A stretch of DNA of 59,173 bases. Source: Paraglomus brasilianum (taxonomy: Eukaryota). The stretch lies in assembly GCA_910592345.1 (NCBI GenBank), contig CAJVPI010000082.1, positions 1 to 59,173 of the forward strand, written 5' to 3'. Below, in pieces: positions 41,239 to 53,591 of the stretch; the first letter of the stretch is position 1, and the number at the start of each line of letters is the position of its first letter. The position numbers and the translations under genes were made by a program. The notes beneath the pieces are model-generated. The model worked only from the letters and a program-made list of their open reading frames with translations. It had not been told where the DNA came from and did not search any database.

Positions 41239-42408
41239 TTCGTAGGAATTAAAGTTTGTATCATCGTTATTGAATATCCACTTAAAATGTGGGGGGCCAC
41301 GGAAGATTTCAGGGTCTAACTCCGATTTATTTTCACATGTCGAAGAGTCGCGTGTTTAATTATTCCTCGAAACTAGGTCTTAGCGACCGTTGTATATTGA
41401 CATATGTCGGAATTACGACGGATTATTATTGTCCTTTTATTGGCGACTAGAAATAACATTTCTCAACATATAATCGATATCAATTCTGGTCAATTACTAT
41501 TGTAATAAGTTTGTCGTTGGTCCTGAATTTTTTAGAAAATTTACTTCATTCCTATCGGGAGCTGGGTAAAAAGGATTCCAAGAAGTGGTGATAAAAACCG
41601 TATTAAATAAAAAGTTATAAGCTAGCCAATAAAATGAAGAGCGAAAAGATATAAAATTTCAATTAATCTTAACACAGACAGCAGAGGAGAAAGGGCGTGG
41701 CTACTAGACAAGAGGTACGTAACTTGGCGAAGAATAGATAATCAACAGTTATAAGTATGCAACGGTTGAAAGCTTGCAGCATGTAATCATAGAGATGAAT
41801 AATTAAACAGTGAAATGAAAGCCTAAGGAAATGAAATATGCTAATATTAAACCAGCAAATTGGGTTAAAGAAATGAAATCAACCAACAGATCCACGTAAT
41901 TAGTCGTGAAGGGGATCAGATAAATAGGAACGATAATATAACAACAAAAATTTAACAAATCTTTTCAAACTAATAGCAAAGACAATATAGGGAAAGACAG
42001 GATATCAAGAGTGATTCTAACTTTCAGCAGTTACAAAACACAAGGTGAAAAGCTAATACTAACTAAACCCAAGAATGCATCAACCAATGATAAACCCCAG
42101 GGTGTCATATTTCTTTATCTGGGTTTTGTTCGTGGCAAGCCCTGAGAAATTGGCCAATAGGCGTTCGCTCTAACCTAATATAGTAATAGTCACCAACGAT
42201 ATAACATAGAAGCAACGTCAACAGATTTCTTCTAGTTCGGCATACTTGTATGCTGTAAGTATCAGATTTTGCGTTCTGTAACGCACAAAGTTAATAACGG
42301 GCAAATAATTGTGTGGGAATAGATAGTCACGAACAATTAATCGTCAAATATCAAACGATTTGTTTGACGCACAAACGCGGCGGTGGAAACGACATTTTTA
42401 ACCGTAAA

Positions 42409-42582
42409 ATGAAACATCATGACATGGAGAACAGCTATCTAGCTATTAACGAGCTAGTGTCCGGAAATCTCGAGATGGAAGAAGAAATGGCCAACGAATA
42501 TAGGCTAACGTTTTGGACATATATTGTGTTAATTGTGGTGCAAGTCCTCGCCTTCGTCGTCCTATTTCTGGAATGGAAATAA
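42409..42582 (+). CDS. Possible 57-aa tail-anchored microprotein
   Basis: AAAATG context. An acidic helix (EMEEEMANEY) is followed by a C-terminal hydrophobic segment FWTYIVLIVVQVLAFVVLFL and EWK*. Possible 5' intron GTAAGT near 42255. No family recognised. Confidence 0.3.
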   Translation: MKHHDMENSYLAINELVSGNLEMEEEMANEYRLTFWTYIVLIVVQVLAFVVLFLEWK

Positions 42583-42692
42583 AAACCAGAGCCAAGGAAA
42601 GATAAAGGGAATTGGAAAATCAACGGTTGAAATTAGTCTCTGATAAATCTATTTCCAAGTTAGAGATTTAAAACATAAATTATTATCTAGCC

Positions 42693-42727
42693 GTGGAATG
42701 TGGAATGTGGAATGTGGAATGTGGAAT
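42693..42727. repeat. (GTGGAAT)5 heptamer repeat
   Basis: Five perfect copies. Confidence 0.85.
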
Positions 42728-43112
42728 TGACTATCGTGGCGCTCATGACAAGTCAACCCGGTACATACATCGATAAACCTGATAACAGGTAATGGAAATT
42801 AAATCATTACCTGTTATCGGTTCATCACAGAGACTATAAAGGATAAAGGATAAAAGGATTATATTTGGTGGGTAAGAAAGGTGTGTGTATTGAGACTCAT
42901 TAATAATAAGTTAATACCAATAGCTCGCCGTTAAAAGATGGCGCTACCGTTTATCCAATCTCATTACTGTATCTTACAAGATTATTCATTTAATCAACCG
43001 TTTCTCCGTTATACGTCAGCTTGTTTCAAGACCTTTTGTGCATGATGAGTAATATGATAATTTAATTTCATGTCGAAATGAAAACAAATATCAGTTTTGA
43101 GTAACATAATTT

Positions 43113-44347
43113 TTATACAAGCAGTTGGAGTCTCTCTGCTATTCCAAGTTGTGTTCGAGTAATGTTAGCCAAGTATACGACCATTAGCATGTCCTTTAAA
43201 TAAGAAAACGAAAATATTCAGTAAATGAATCGCAATGATTAAGGTCAGCCATACAAAAGATTTACTTACTTGTAGATGGCCATTAAACATCTTTTCAAAT
43301 TCCGTCTTATCAATCTTTGGTACAACTGAAATGGTATCCATTAAGAATCGTCCGATTGTACCATTCGGATCCATTTCACCGTTTATTACTTTATGTACAT
43401 AACCATTAACTCTTTCTAACATTTCCTGCACTGAAACTATTGCATTTTCCAGATTATCCATGTCAGAAATTAGTGACGTTGCCCTGTCTGGATTATTCAT
43501 TGTAGAGGCAAGCAGATTAACTGTAAAAAAAGGGTGATAGTAAAGTTGTATTAGGGCTTTTGTGAACGCTCATAAAAAACATAGTAACAATGTTGTTATC
43601 CCATCACTCACGTCCACTTCTCTCAGCATCAAAGTATTTTACATCACATGGAATGGGCAAAAACATGCAGTTCTCTGGTTTGGCCGGTATGCCGATTGGG
43701 GAACTGCACAGCAAAGTAATTTCGCGCATGTGAGTGCGTTTCATACAAGAATTTTGACGGCATGTTTAACACGATACCTGACGTATGTTTTTACTCCAAG
43801 CAGTTTGTCCTCGTTCTGCAAATTAGTATCCATTGTGAGATGTATTGCTTGGAATGGAGCCACTTCCCTCGAATAAAAGTCTTGAATGAGTGCATTCCAT
43901 TGATTTAGTTTCGATCCGGTTGCATACCATCCAACTATTAACTCTTTCGGATTCACTTTTCGATGAAGTTCAAACATATTTCTATGGCATTCCATATCTA
44001 CTTCGACCTAAATAAACATAGCGTTGATTTGATTTTACTAACCCAAGAACCTATTTGAAAACCATCACCTTTACGATATTTACCTGCTCGGGCGTCTCGT
44101 TATGCGGAACAGGGAAACAATTTCTTACTTCTACTTCGTTACCATTCTCGCTCCTGACACCCAACAGTGTGCCAATGACTCTATCCTGATTTTCTTGTCT
44201 CCGTAAGTAATGATCCAGAATAGAAAACAATACTACAGGATTGACTGATACGGTGAACGAACGACTTTGCGGAGTAACAAAGCCGGTCCCTCCTGTTGCA
44301 GGTGCGATAGAAAGATTAAGTGCTGAAGTCGCAGCGTCGATTGGCAT
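43113..44347 (-). CDS. EIF3F: Translation initiation factor eIF3 subunit f (MPN domain)
   Basis: VNPVVLFSILDHYLRR..QDRVIGTLLG...EVEVRNCFPVPHNE, ELIVGWYATG, FEKMFNGHLQ|DMLMVVYLANITRTQL. Confidence 0.93.
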
Positions 44348-44588
44348 TGTGTAGAATAACTATTAAGAAAGAGTTACAATGAACGTGGAGAAAGTATTAC
44401 AACTGAATTTTTTGATCTGCCAATCAGATCTCGATTATGAAATTTTTTTCTTGGGATTGAAAATCTTTTTTCTTTGCCAATCAATAGATCTTTATTATAT
44501 CAGATAGAACAATAATAGACTACTGCGTTTAACAGATTTTGCTGGCAATTGCTATAATTTATCAATTGATAATCCATACTCGTTTAAC
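44348..44588. promoter_or_regulatory. Compact bidirectional promoter between eIF3f and RRB1
   Basis: 241 bp between divergent ATGs. Two GCCAATCA (CCAAT) boxes and RRPE-like TGAAATTTTTT / TGAAAATCTTTTT tracts. Confidence 0.5.
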
Positions 44589-46725
44589 ATGTCGAAACGA
44601 CGTCAAAAAGATCTTGATGTTGATCGAACAACTACAACCAAAGCCCCATTTGGAGCAGCAAACAGACTGGATCCAGAACCAATGGATGAGGATATGGGTG
44701 AATTTGAAGATCCATGGGAAGATGAACTAGAAAGTGAGGAAGAAGACAGCGGAGATGAAGAAATCATAGAAGATGGTGAAGATGAAGAAATCATAGAAGA
44801 TGGTGAAGATGAAGTTATGGAGAATGGTAAGAACTGCCTGATGCTGATGAGGAAAAGATACACAATTTTTCATATTGATAAGAGATTGCAAGTTTTATGC
44901 AGAAGAATGTTAATTTACATGAACTAGTAACTTACACTGTTCTTTGATTATATTTCTTCAGAAATGTCTCTCACTGACAGTAAACCTGCAAACAGGCCCC
45001 GTGTATATCTCCCTGGTTATGGGTTGGGTGAAGGCGAGGTTCTTGAACCAGACGAATCAGCGTATGACATGTTACATAGACTCAATGTCAAGTGGCCTTG
45101 CCTTAGCTTCGACATAATATCCGATCAGCTAGGCGACAACAGGATGAGCGTATGTGTGACAAGACGAAATGTCGTTAATGAAGATTGAGTGCGATGAGAT
45201 GGTTAATGAATTAAGCAACCATTCATGTATGTTATATAGTATCCGGCGACAGCGTATATGGTCGCTGGTACTCAAGCAGATAAGCCAAAGAATAATGAGT
45301 TAATGGTTATGAAATTGACACAGTTACATAAGACGCATAAAAAAGATGGTGGGTCTTGGTTGGAGATGGGACGCGTGTTATCGGTCACGTGATCTATTAA
45401 CAATGAAGTTTCTCAGATTCTGACGATGATGACGACAACGATGACAACGACGACGACGATATACTGGATGAAGACCCCGTATTAGAGCATCGGAGTATCA
45501 AGCTTCGTGGTGGTGTAAATCGTGTCAGAGTGAGTATATATACCATACCAAAACCGTATGTTTTCTATGAATAACCAACTAACCTATCTGCTCTTTCATT
45601 GCTCTTGTTCGGTCTTCTGTCTACAGGTTACTCCACAACGCAATCTCCAGTTCTGCGCTGCATGGTTGGAAACCGGCAAAGTTCATATCTGGGATTTGAC
45701 TCTGCACATAAAGTCTCTCGACACGCCAGGTTACACAACCCCCAAAGCAGCCCAAACCCCCACACACACGGTTGACTGTCATTCCACTGAAGGATATGCT
45801 CTCGATTGGTCTCCGTTATCGCCTGGGAAACTTCTCTCAGGAGACAACCATACACACATATACTTGACCACAAAGACAGAGTCTGGATTTACGACCGATC
45901 AAATACCGTGTATTGGTCATGAATCTAGTGTCGAGGATATACAATGGTCTCCGAATGAGAAGAACGTGTTTTGTAGTGCGAGTGCTGACAAGACTGTTAA
46001 AATATGGGATTTGCGAGGTCAAAGAAAACCATCGTTAAGTGTTAAGGCACATGAGACTGACGTCAACGTTATTTCATGGAACAAGTAAGTCAGTGAAGGG
46101 AATTGTTTGTTCTTTTGTCTGTTCAATTAGCTGATTATGTATTTTTGTGCTTGTTTACAGAAAAGTTGAATACTTGTTAGCATCTGGATCTGATGATGGA
46201 GTACTTAGCATTTGGGATCTTAGACATTTCCAGCAAGTATCTCAATAACCAAAATTGTACCTTTCTTCCCGTGTTGACTTTTACCATTGTATGGTTACAT
46301 TTCTATTTGTTACATTTGTATAGATCTACCACAGCTGCTCCCACCCCAGTAGCTTCATTCAAATGGCATAGTGCTCCAGTGACCTCAGTGGAATGGCATC
46401 CTACTGAAGAGTCTGTAATAGCTGTATCAGGAGCAGATGATCAGATTTCAATATGGGATTTATCTGTTGAAGAGGACAATGAAGAGAGTAGAATTATCCG
46501 AGATGAGAGTGGAAGCAGAATACCTAGTCAGCTTCTATTTATACATCAAGTGAGTACATTAAATGATAAAGTTGTAAATATTGTCATATGAATTACTAAA
46601 ATGTTTACTGTTTGATTCAGGGCCAAACTGACATCAAAGAACTACATTGGCATCCCCAATTCTCAGGAATGCTAATATCGACAGCTGCATCTGGATTTCA
46701 TGTATTCAAGACTGTCTCTGAATAA
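44589..46725 (+). CDS. RRB1: Ribosome assembly WD40 protein Rrb1/GRWD1
   Basis: Acidic N-terminus; [97 protein letters not shown]. Confidence 0.95.
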
Positions 46726-47098
46726 ACAATTGTTTGATAATGAGTCTACTAATGCTCATCCCAGTCTGTTCAACTGTATTTATATAATAAATTATACTTA
46801 TTTCGGATGTAATTTATGTATGTTGCGTTTATCATTTATAATACCTAATAAACCAACAGTTATTCCATATATACAGCGATCAGTTATAACAAATAACTTA
46901 TACAAATCAATGAAAGTCCAACTTTGGGCACTTGTTCTAATTAATATCGACATTCTTCTTCACATCTCCAAAGACGAACAACTCTTGTCACTATATGCTG
47001 CTGATGATTGAATGTTCGCACTACACTTATTATGTTTTACGCTCAAGCTCCTGTTTCTCTTCCTTCCCGGCCCGCATGCAAACTCTTTCTCCAAAATC

Positions 47099-48583
47099 TT
47101 ACTGTAAATCGAGCAAATAGTTCGTCGCCCCCACTAAATCGTCCTCATATTTTTTCAATGCCTCAATAGCCTGATCGCTAGAGAATCCCATTTTAGTCAA
47201 CTGCTGAAATGCATCGCTATTGTCCTCTTTATCACTCTCTGCCTGCACATTAGGCTTTGGTGGAACTATCGGAGGAGGAGCATACGACGGTACATTATAT
47301 GGTCTACCCGCATTCATGCGTATAGGCGGATGTGAGGACATATTATATGTAGCATGTGGTGGAATAGATACTGGAGCAACTGATTGTTTGGGAAGCTCAG
47401 GGGGATATCGAGCGGTTGCCTTGTTGGGCTGAGTGGATGGATTAGGTTGGACGTGAATACCGTTTGCTGGTATTGATGTTGGAGGTCTTTGGTGTTGTTT
47501 TAGAACCGATGAAGGGACTAACGAGATGGATAGGTCTTCAGAATTTGTACTCTGTGCGGAATTTGTGGTTGGAGAAGACCATGTTGAAAAATCGAGATCA
47601 AATGGAGCGTTCTTATTTGTCTGAATTATTAAGAAAGAAAAACATGATTAAAAATCAAAGTAATTGACTCGAACGTCTCCAAATCTCTCATGACTTTCTC
47701 ATAACCTCCCACCGTACTTACCTCATCATTGCTCGATGCTCGTTCGTGCGTATTCTTCCCAACCAACCCATTCTCGCTTACACCAGTTAAAATAGCATCT
47801 CCTTGTTGACTGGATCTCCTCTGCGTATTAACTGGTGTCAGAATCCTCCGATCTGTATCTAAAAACCCGGGCGCTATTTTGCGGGCAGCTTCCTTTTGTT
47901 TTCTGAGCTTCTCTTCTCGTAATGTACGCAATTGTTCTTCTCTCAACTGTGCTCGGGTTTCACTCTCATGACGTCTTTGGTCTGCTTCTTTTGTTACTTG
48001 ACGTTCTAATTCAAAGTCATATTTGTCCTTTAGAGAAAAGAAAAAGCTATTAGTCAACATTCGTAGTAGCCAATGGACGCACTAAACAAGGTAAACATAA
48101 TAATGTAAAGTATAAAGAACACAGAGTCTAGTACAATGGGTGCTGAATGAGTAGTATATGGATGATGGCAAGAGACAAGTAGTAATCTTTGGTAAACACT
48201 TGCATTCACAATAGTTCTAATTTTGTAAAGACTAAACAAGTTCGGTATAGTTCGAACTTATAACAGCAGACCAGCAACGTACTCACCACTTGCCTCTGAT
48301 CAGGGGTAAAATCCGGAGGGAGCGTCACCTGTAACGAAGTAACTGTTTTTTAGTCTTCCAATTCGCTTTACCTCAAACACAACGGGTTTTCACTCTTACC
48401 GGTTGTATATAAGTAAATTGCGGTGCTAGTATCAAAGGTACGTCCTCGAGGGCGGAGTAGATCAGCGAAACTAACAGGAAAGTGAAAATACAAATTGGTA
48501 AGCAAGTGTCTAATGAAGACAAGGTACGAACTGCGTCTATGAAAAAGTGCATCGCAGCTCATAAACTCACTGTGATCAGCCAT
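47099..48583 (-). CDS. UMA-domain + C-terminal UBA protein (UBAP1-like ESCRT-I subunit candidate)
   Basis: Small exons splice to MADHISLIYSALEDVPLILAPQFTYIQPVTLPPDFTPDQRQVDKYDFELERQV, matching the UMA pattern LDDVPF...V.LP.F...YDF.LE. Pro-rich linker (PPIVPPKP); UBA-like QLTKMGFSSDQAIEALKKY..DLVGATNYLL. Confidence 0.7.
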
Positions 48584-48973
48584 ATATGACAAGACTGGTG
48601 AGCAGAACGCGAAAGTAACTAAAGAGAGTAAGAAGATAATGTGTGCAGGTCAAGATCTGAATTGTACCAAGTTCTGTAGCGATGCTGGTCATATATAAGT
48701 AGTTGTGTATCTGCAGTAATGACCTGCCCATACACACGTACTGACAGATATGCCCAAAATATTCTCCGGATAACTCCAACAATGAATAACAATAGATCAA
48801 CTTGTGCATACATCCCGTTATTCTATCCGAGATCTAATGATATGTCACACAAGCATAAAAAATTTTCAATTCTTTTTCCATAATTCTTCCTCTCTTTCGG
48901 CAACAGCGACACATTAATAGTCGACTAGGCCAAGCCAGGCAGCACGCTTAAAAAATAGTCAAGGAATAAAACA

Positions 48974-50728
48974 ATGACCGACACTCTTGCGCTTCGTGGG
49001 ACCTTGAAAGGTCATTCTGGATGGGTGACTGCTATTGGTATGTGGGTGGGAAAAAAAAATGGAAATTGTATAATTAAACGGGGGAGAAGAGACAAGAGGA
49101 AAGGAAATGAGAATGGAGAGTGAGGATGCAAGGAGAAGTATTTCATTGTCTAAATACGTGAATTTTTTTGTAATTAACATGTTTTTGATTTGCAGCGACC
49201 ACATCAGAGAATCCCGATATGATCTTGTCTGCTTCTCGCGGTATGTGTGCTTTTTGGTTGGAACGTAGATGCTAATATATTTCTATTGGTGATATGTCAT
49301 ATGAGATTATGGTAAAACAAATTGCGCCTTTGTTATTACGTTATATTAAGATAAGATGCGTCTTTATCTGCGAGTGGTTTTTTTCAACCATTCGGCTTCA
49401 TATCTCCAATATTATGATCCGATCGACTCACCTCCCAATTGTGTTGATCCACTCGCTAAATTTTTTGCTTTACGGAATTGGCTTCGCTCGACTTCCAATT
49501 CTCTCTATCTCTCCAATTCCCATTCTTGACCAGATAAAACAATTATTGTCTGGCAGTTAACCCGTGATGAAACCAACTACGGTGTCCCACGTAAAGCACT
49601 CACCGGCCACAACCATTTCGTCCAGGATGTTGTGATTTCATCCGACGGTCAGTTTGCCCTTTCTGCTTCCTGGGACAAGACTCTTCGGCTCTGGGATCTC
49701 AATAGCGGTACCACTACTCGTCGTTTCGTTGGTCATGAGAAGGATGTCCTTTCGGTTTCATTCTCGCCGGATAATAGACAGATTGTTAGTGGGAGTAGAG
49801 ATAAGACAATTAAATTATGGAATACATTGGGTGAATGTAAATTTAATATCCAAGAAGATGGCCATCGTGAATGGGTTTCGTGTGTGCGGTTTAGTCCTAA
49901 TCCGTCGAATCCTGTCATTGTTAGTTGTGGCTGGGATAAGTATGTTAAGGTAATGAATTATACCAATCGAGACGTGTTTGATGGGGTTTCGTGTGATGTA
50001 TATATTTTTTCAAATATTTGCTACTTAAGAGGGTTATACGCCTCAATGAAATTAAATACCACAAACTGATCGAGACAAAGATATTATCGTTGGTCAACGA
50101 GTCGTCTAAAACAGACTAGTAATATCTCTTTGCTTTTCTATCCATCCTAGGTCTGGGAACTAAGCAAATGCAGGCTCCGCACTAATCACACAGGCCACAC
50201 AGGTTACATTAATACAGTAACAATCTCTCCAGATGGATCTCTTTGTGCATCTGGTGGTAAAGACGGCATCACAATGCTTTGGGACCTCAATGAGAGCAAA
50301 CATTTATATTCTCTCGAAGCAGGGGATATCATTAATGCCCTCGTTTTCTCTCCCAACCGCTACTGGCTATGTGCTGCTACTGCTAGTTTCATCAAGATCT
50401 GGGATCTAGAGACTAAGACTGTTGTCGATGAATTGAAGCCTGAATTTTTGGGAACTGGACGGTTGAATAGTGATCCAGAGTGTATTAGTTTAGCATGGAG
50501 TCCAGATGGAACTACCCTGTTCGCTGGATATACTGGTACGTTTACTGTGGGGGGGGGGGATGGAGGTGGAGGTGGAGGTGGGGATGGGATACCAGAACAT
50601 AGCCATTTACCGGTGCTAGTATCGATGTCGTTAAGTCTGCAATTCCTTTCCCTAAATATCTATATTATACCTCTTTTTTCTCTCTAGACAATGATATCCG
50701 TGTCTGGCAGGTAAGCAGGATACAATAA
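48974..50728 (+). CDS. ASC1: RACK1 / G-beta-like 40S ribosomal protein
   Basis: [43 protein letters not shown]...[32 protein letters not shown]...[11 protein letters not shown]...[15 protein letters not shown]; four to five introns. Confidence 0.97.
49986..50076 (+). ncRNA. SNR24: Box C/D snoRNA U24 (snR24)-like, intronic in RACK1
   Basis: C box GTGATGT (49993), guide ATATTTGCTACTT as I recall it from yeast snR24, D'-like AAGA, internal stem GAGG/CCTC, C'-like ATGAAA, D box CTGA (50066), terminal stem GTTTCG/CGAGAC. The yeast ASC1 intron is the known host of snR24. Confidence 0.82.
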
Positions 50729-52053
50729 TATAATTTAAAAACTAGCAAATACATTATTGCAGTAACCCAAAATAAAGCGGCCCAAAGAATCGTAAATAAA
50801 CCTAAGATATTCTCTCCTTATGAAAAAGGAGCCTTCAACACGGAACACATGTTTGTTCCACATGCAGGTCATGTTATTTATTAAGTTTAAAATCATGTTT
50901 GAATTCTCCTGTGAAAAAGCATACCAACGGATGGAAGAAAGAAACAACACTAAATGCTTTATTTAACCATAAGCAAAGTATCTTTTTGGTTTTCTGTCCC
51001 ATGAGAAGTGCGCTCGTAAACACCTTTGCCGCAGCGTCAGTAGAAGATTGGATGTGATGCTCTTTCTTTGCATACTTTTGTGATAATGCCCTGTCTTGCG
51101 ATAATTCTATTTCTAACCAACTCTTAAAACGTCCCACTCTGTCTGCTGCCTTGCCGGTCGCAATTTGATAACGTCATATTTTCCACATGTCACGTGTGGA
51201 CAGGATTTGTAAGACGCGAACAATAAATAGAGGAAGATGACGACTTTATGACATCTTCAAATGCTAATACTAATAAAGGCGTCTGAATGGAAAATTAACA
51301 GCTAATCGAAAAAAGTGTAGTCACAAGGCGGTTCTACAAGCAGATCTTTTGTAGTGTCAAGAAAGTATGTGGATTGATCTTGTTAATAAAATAAAATGTT
51401 CGCGAGGGATTGCTAAAACTCGTGAGCTTCTCTATACCAATTATTTTACGGGCGATATAACGAATCTATTTGATAATTACCGGTCTTGAGGCAGTGAGGC
51501 GACAAATTGAGAAACTATATAAAGTTTTGATTGCTAGATCATCGCTCGCTCACTTTCATTAATGGAATCAGACTATTCTTGACGATGATGCGTCAACATA
51601 TACGATCACTGGTTGACAACTCGTTCGAACTAAGTATCATTAGACATTCGTGAAATTATCCCCCGATATGATTACTACAGCCAAATATAAAGGCGTTTGC
51701 AATAGAAATATACTTTTATTCTGGATGAAACAAAGTGTCTTGGAGTTTACCTTTAGGCCAGTTTGCCCGACATTTTCCACAGCGACTTGAATATACTTTC
51801 CCTTCCACCACTGGCGCCGAAAGGTAAGCTCTCACTAGTTAACAAATAGCATATCCAGTGAAATATTTCGGTCTCTTCTTTTAATGAGTATGGCTAGCGC
51901 TACTAAAATGTGCAGAAAAGCAAAAGCTAACGTGATATGATAAAAAGCGTTATTGAAGCAAACCGTCGTTAATCTTTAAAGATCCCATATAATTAGGTCA
52001 TACATTTTGTTTATTAGTTAATTGTTTAATACGAAATACTTTTTTTTTCGCCA

Positions 52054-53591
52054 TTAGGGTGGTAAGAAAGATTTTTTAGAAATTTGCATGATAACAAGAT
52101 GATTATGGCTCTTACTCTTGTTTCTTGAATGCGAAACTTCATATCGAGCGAGCCTTCGTTTCATCATATCCGAATACTCGTCATCCGGCAACGAGAATTC
52201 CTTTCGCAGTCCCAACACATGAGGCACCTTCATCCCGAACGCCAATGATGATCTCTGACTTTTTCTTGATCCAGTAGGCATTGCCGTGTCTGGTTTTAGG
52301 AAGGTCGTTAGTTCTGATGCTGGTACTGCAGGTGAATGGGGTGACGAAACAGCGGCCTCCTTGGATGAAGTTCGTCTCTTCGATTTTGACGTACGAGATG
52401 TTTTTTCTTTTGATCTCGACGTAGTATTACGATCGGTACGTGTATTAGAATGTTCATGTAATTCTGATTTTAATGTTATATCTTCAGATTTATCAGCTTC
52501 ACGTTTTCTCGACTTTCGCTGTCTCGTTGTTTTTGATTCTTCCACCTCTTCACTACGATGTTTCGCCATTGCCTCTTCGGCCGCGTTATTGTTAACTGGC
52601 TCATAACCCTTTTTCTTCTTCTCCCCAAATCCAAACGCATCGTACTTTTTTAATAGAGACTCGGCATCCTTCAACATCTTTCTTCGCAAATATTCTTTAT
52701 CATCAGCACTCAATGAATTATTTCTTAATGCCGCACCAGAGATCAAACGATTGCTGTCTAGATTACGGAGCTGTTCTACTGCCAATTTCTGATGGTACCG
52801 TTCGTATTTTAGACGCTCTCGTTCTCTATTTTTGAGCTTCTTTTCGGCAAGTTCATGCTTCCTGTGGCGCTTTTCGTACGCTGCATCTGATAAATCTTCC
52901 TAAAGTATAACAATGTAGTAATATAGAAGACATGAACGAAGACTCTCTCGGCAATAATGCAACGATTGTAAACGTATATTAAGCTTGCCTCTTGAGCTTT
53001 GCTACGAAGTCCACTGCCAACATCTTCTTCAAACAGTTTGAAACTGGGAACTTGTATCTCTTCTGATTCTATTGTCAACTGCAACGGGTATTCATCCTCC
53101 ACAGCCAAACCCTCTTCGTCTATTGTGATGCATGTGCTCAATATTTGATCGTCGTCCGTAATTGCAATTATTGACTTTCCATTGACCGTTCGACGACGAG
53201 TATCGTCTGATCAAATGAACAAAAGGCTAGTTAGAATACAGTCGGTTGCGTGGGCAAAGCTACATTACGAATATATAAAAGAAAACTATGTGTCAGAATG
53301 CATTGAATCGATTAAACCCTTTTCAATTGTGTCGTTCTTATGCTAATATTGAGTATTAATATTACTTCATACCCAGTCAATGAATGCAGCCTAGCATAAA
53401 GTGGGGAAGCTTTGTACATGACACATGATATATATAAGATGATATGATAGTACAGAATGGGATAAGACATAAGCAATTGTAGATCTATAACAAGTTTGAG
53501 ACTTACTTTTCATTGCAGATTCCTCTATAGGCGAGCACAAGGCAGTGGCTAAGGCACCACACTTTCGTCTTGGTAATATTCTTAGACTCAT
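52054..53591 (-). CDS. SAS4: Sas4-like / PEHE-domain histone acetyltransferase complex subunit
   Basis: IQVPSFKL...EDLSDAAYEKRHRKHELAEKKLKNRERE (P-E-H-E motif), LAVEQLR, LRRKMLKDAESLLKKY, and C-terminal AFGMKVP...EFSLP typical of fungal Sas4. First exon MSLRILPRRK (ATG 53591) is inferred. Confidence 0.75.

Noticed and set aside
50536..50687. Poly-Gly C-terminal extension of RACK1 in the ORF track
   Set aside because: It is read-through of a G-rich intron (GTACGT...CTAG); the spliced form restores the conserved YT-DNDIRVW.
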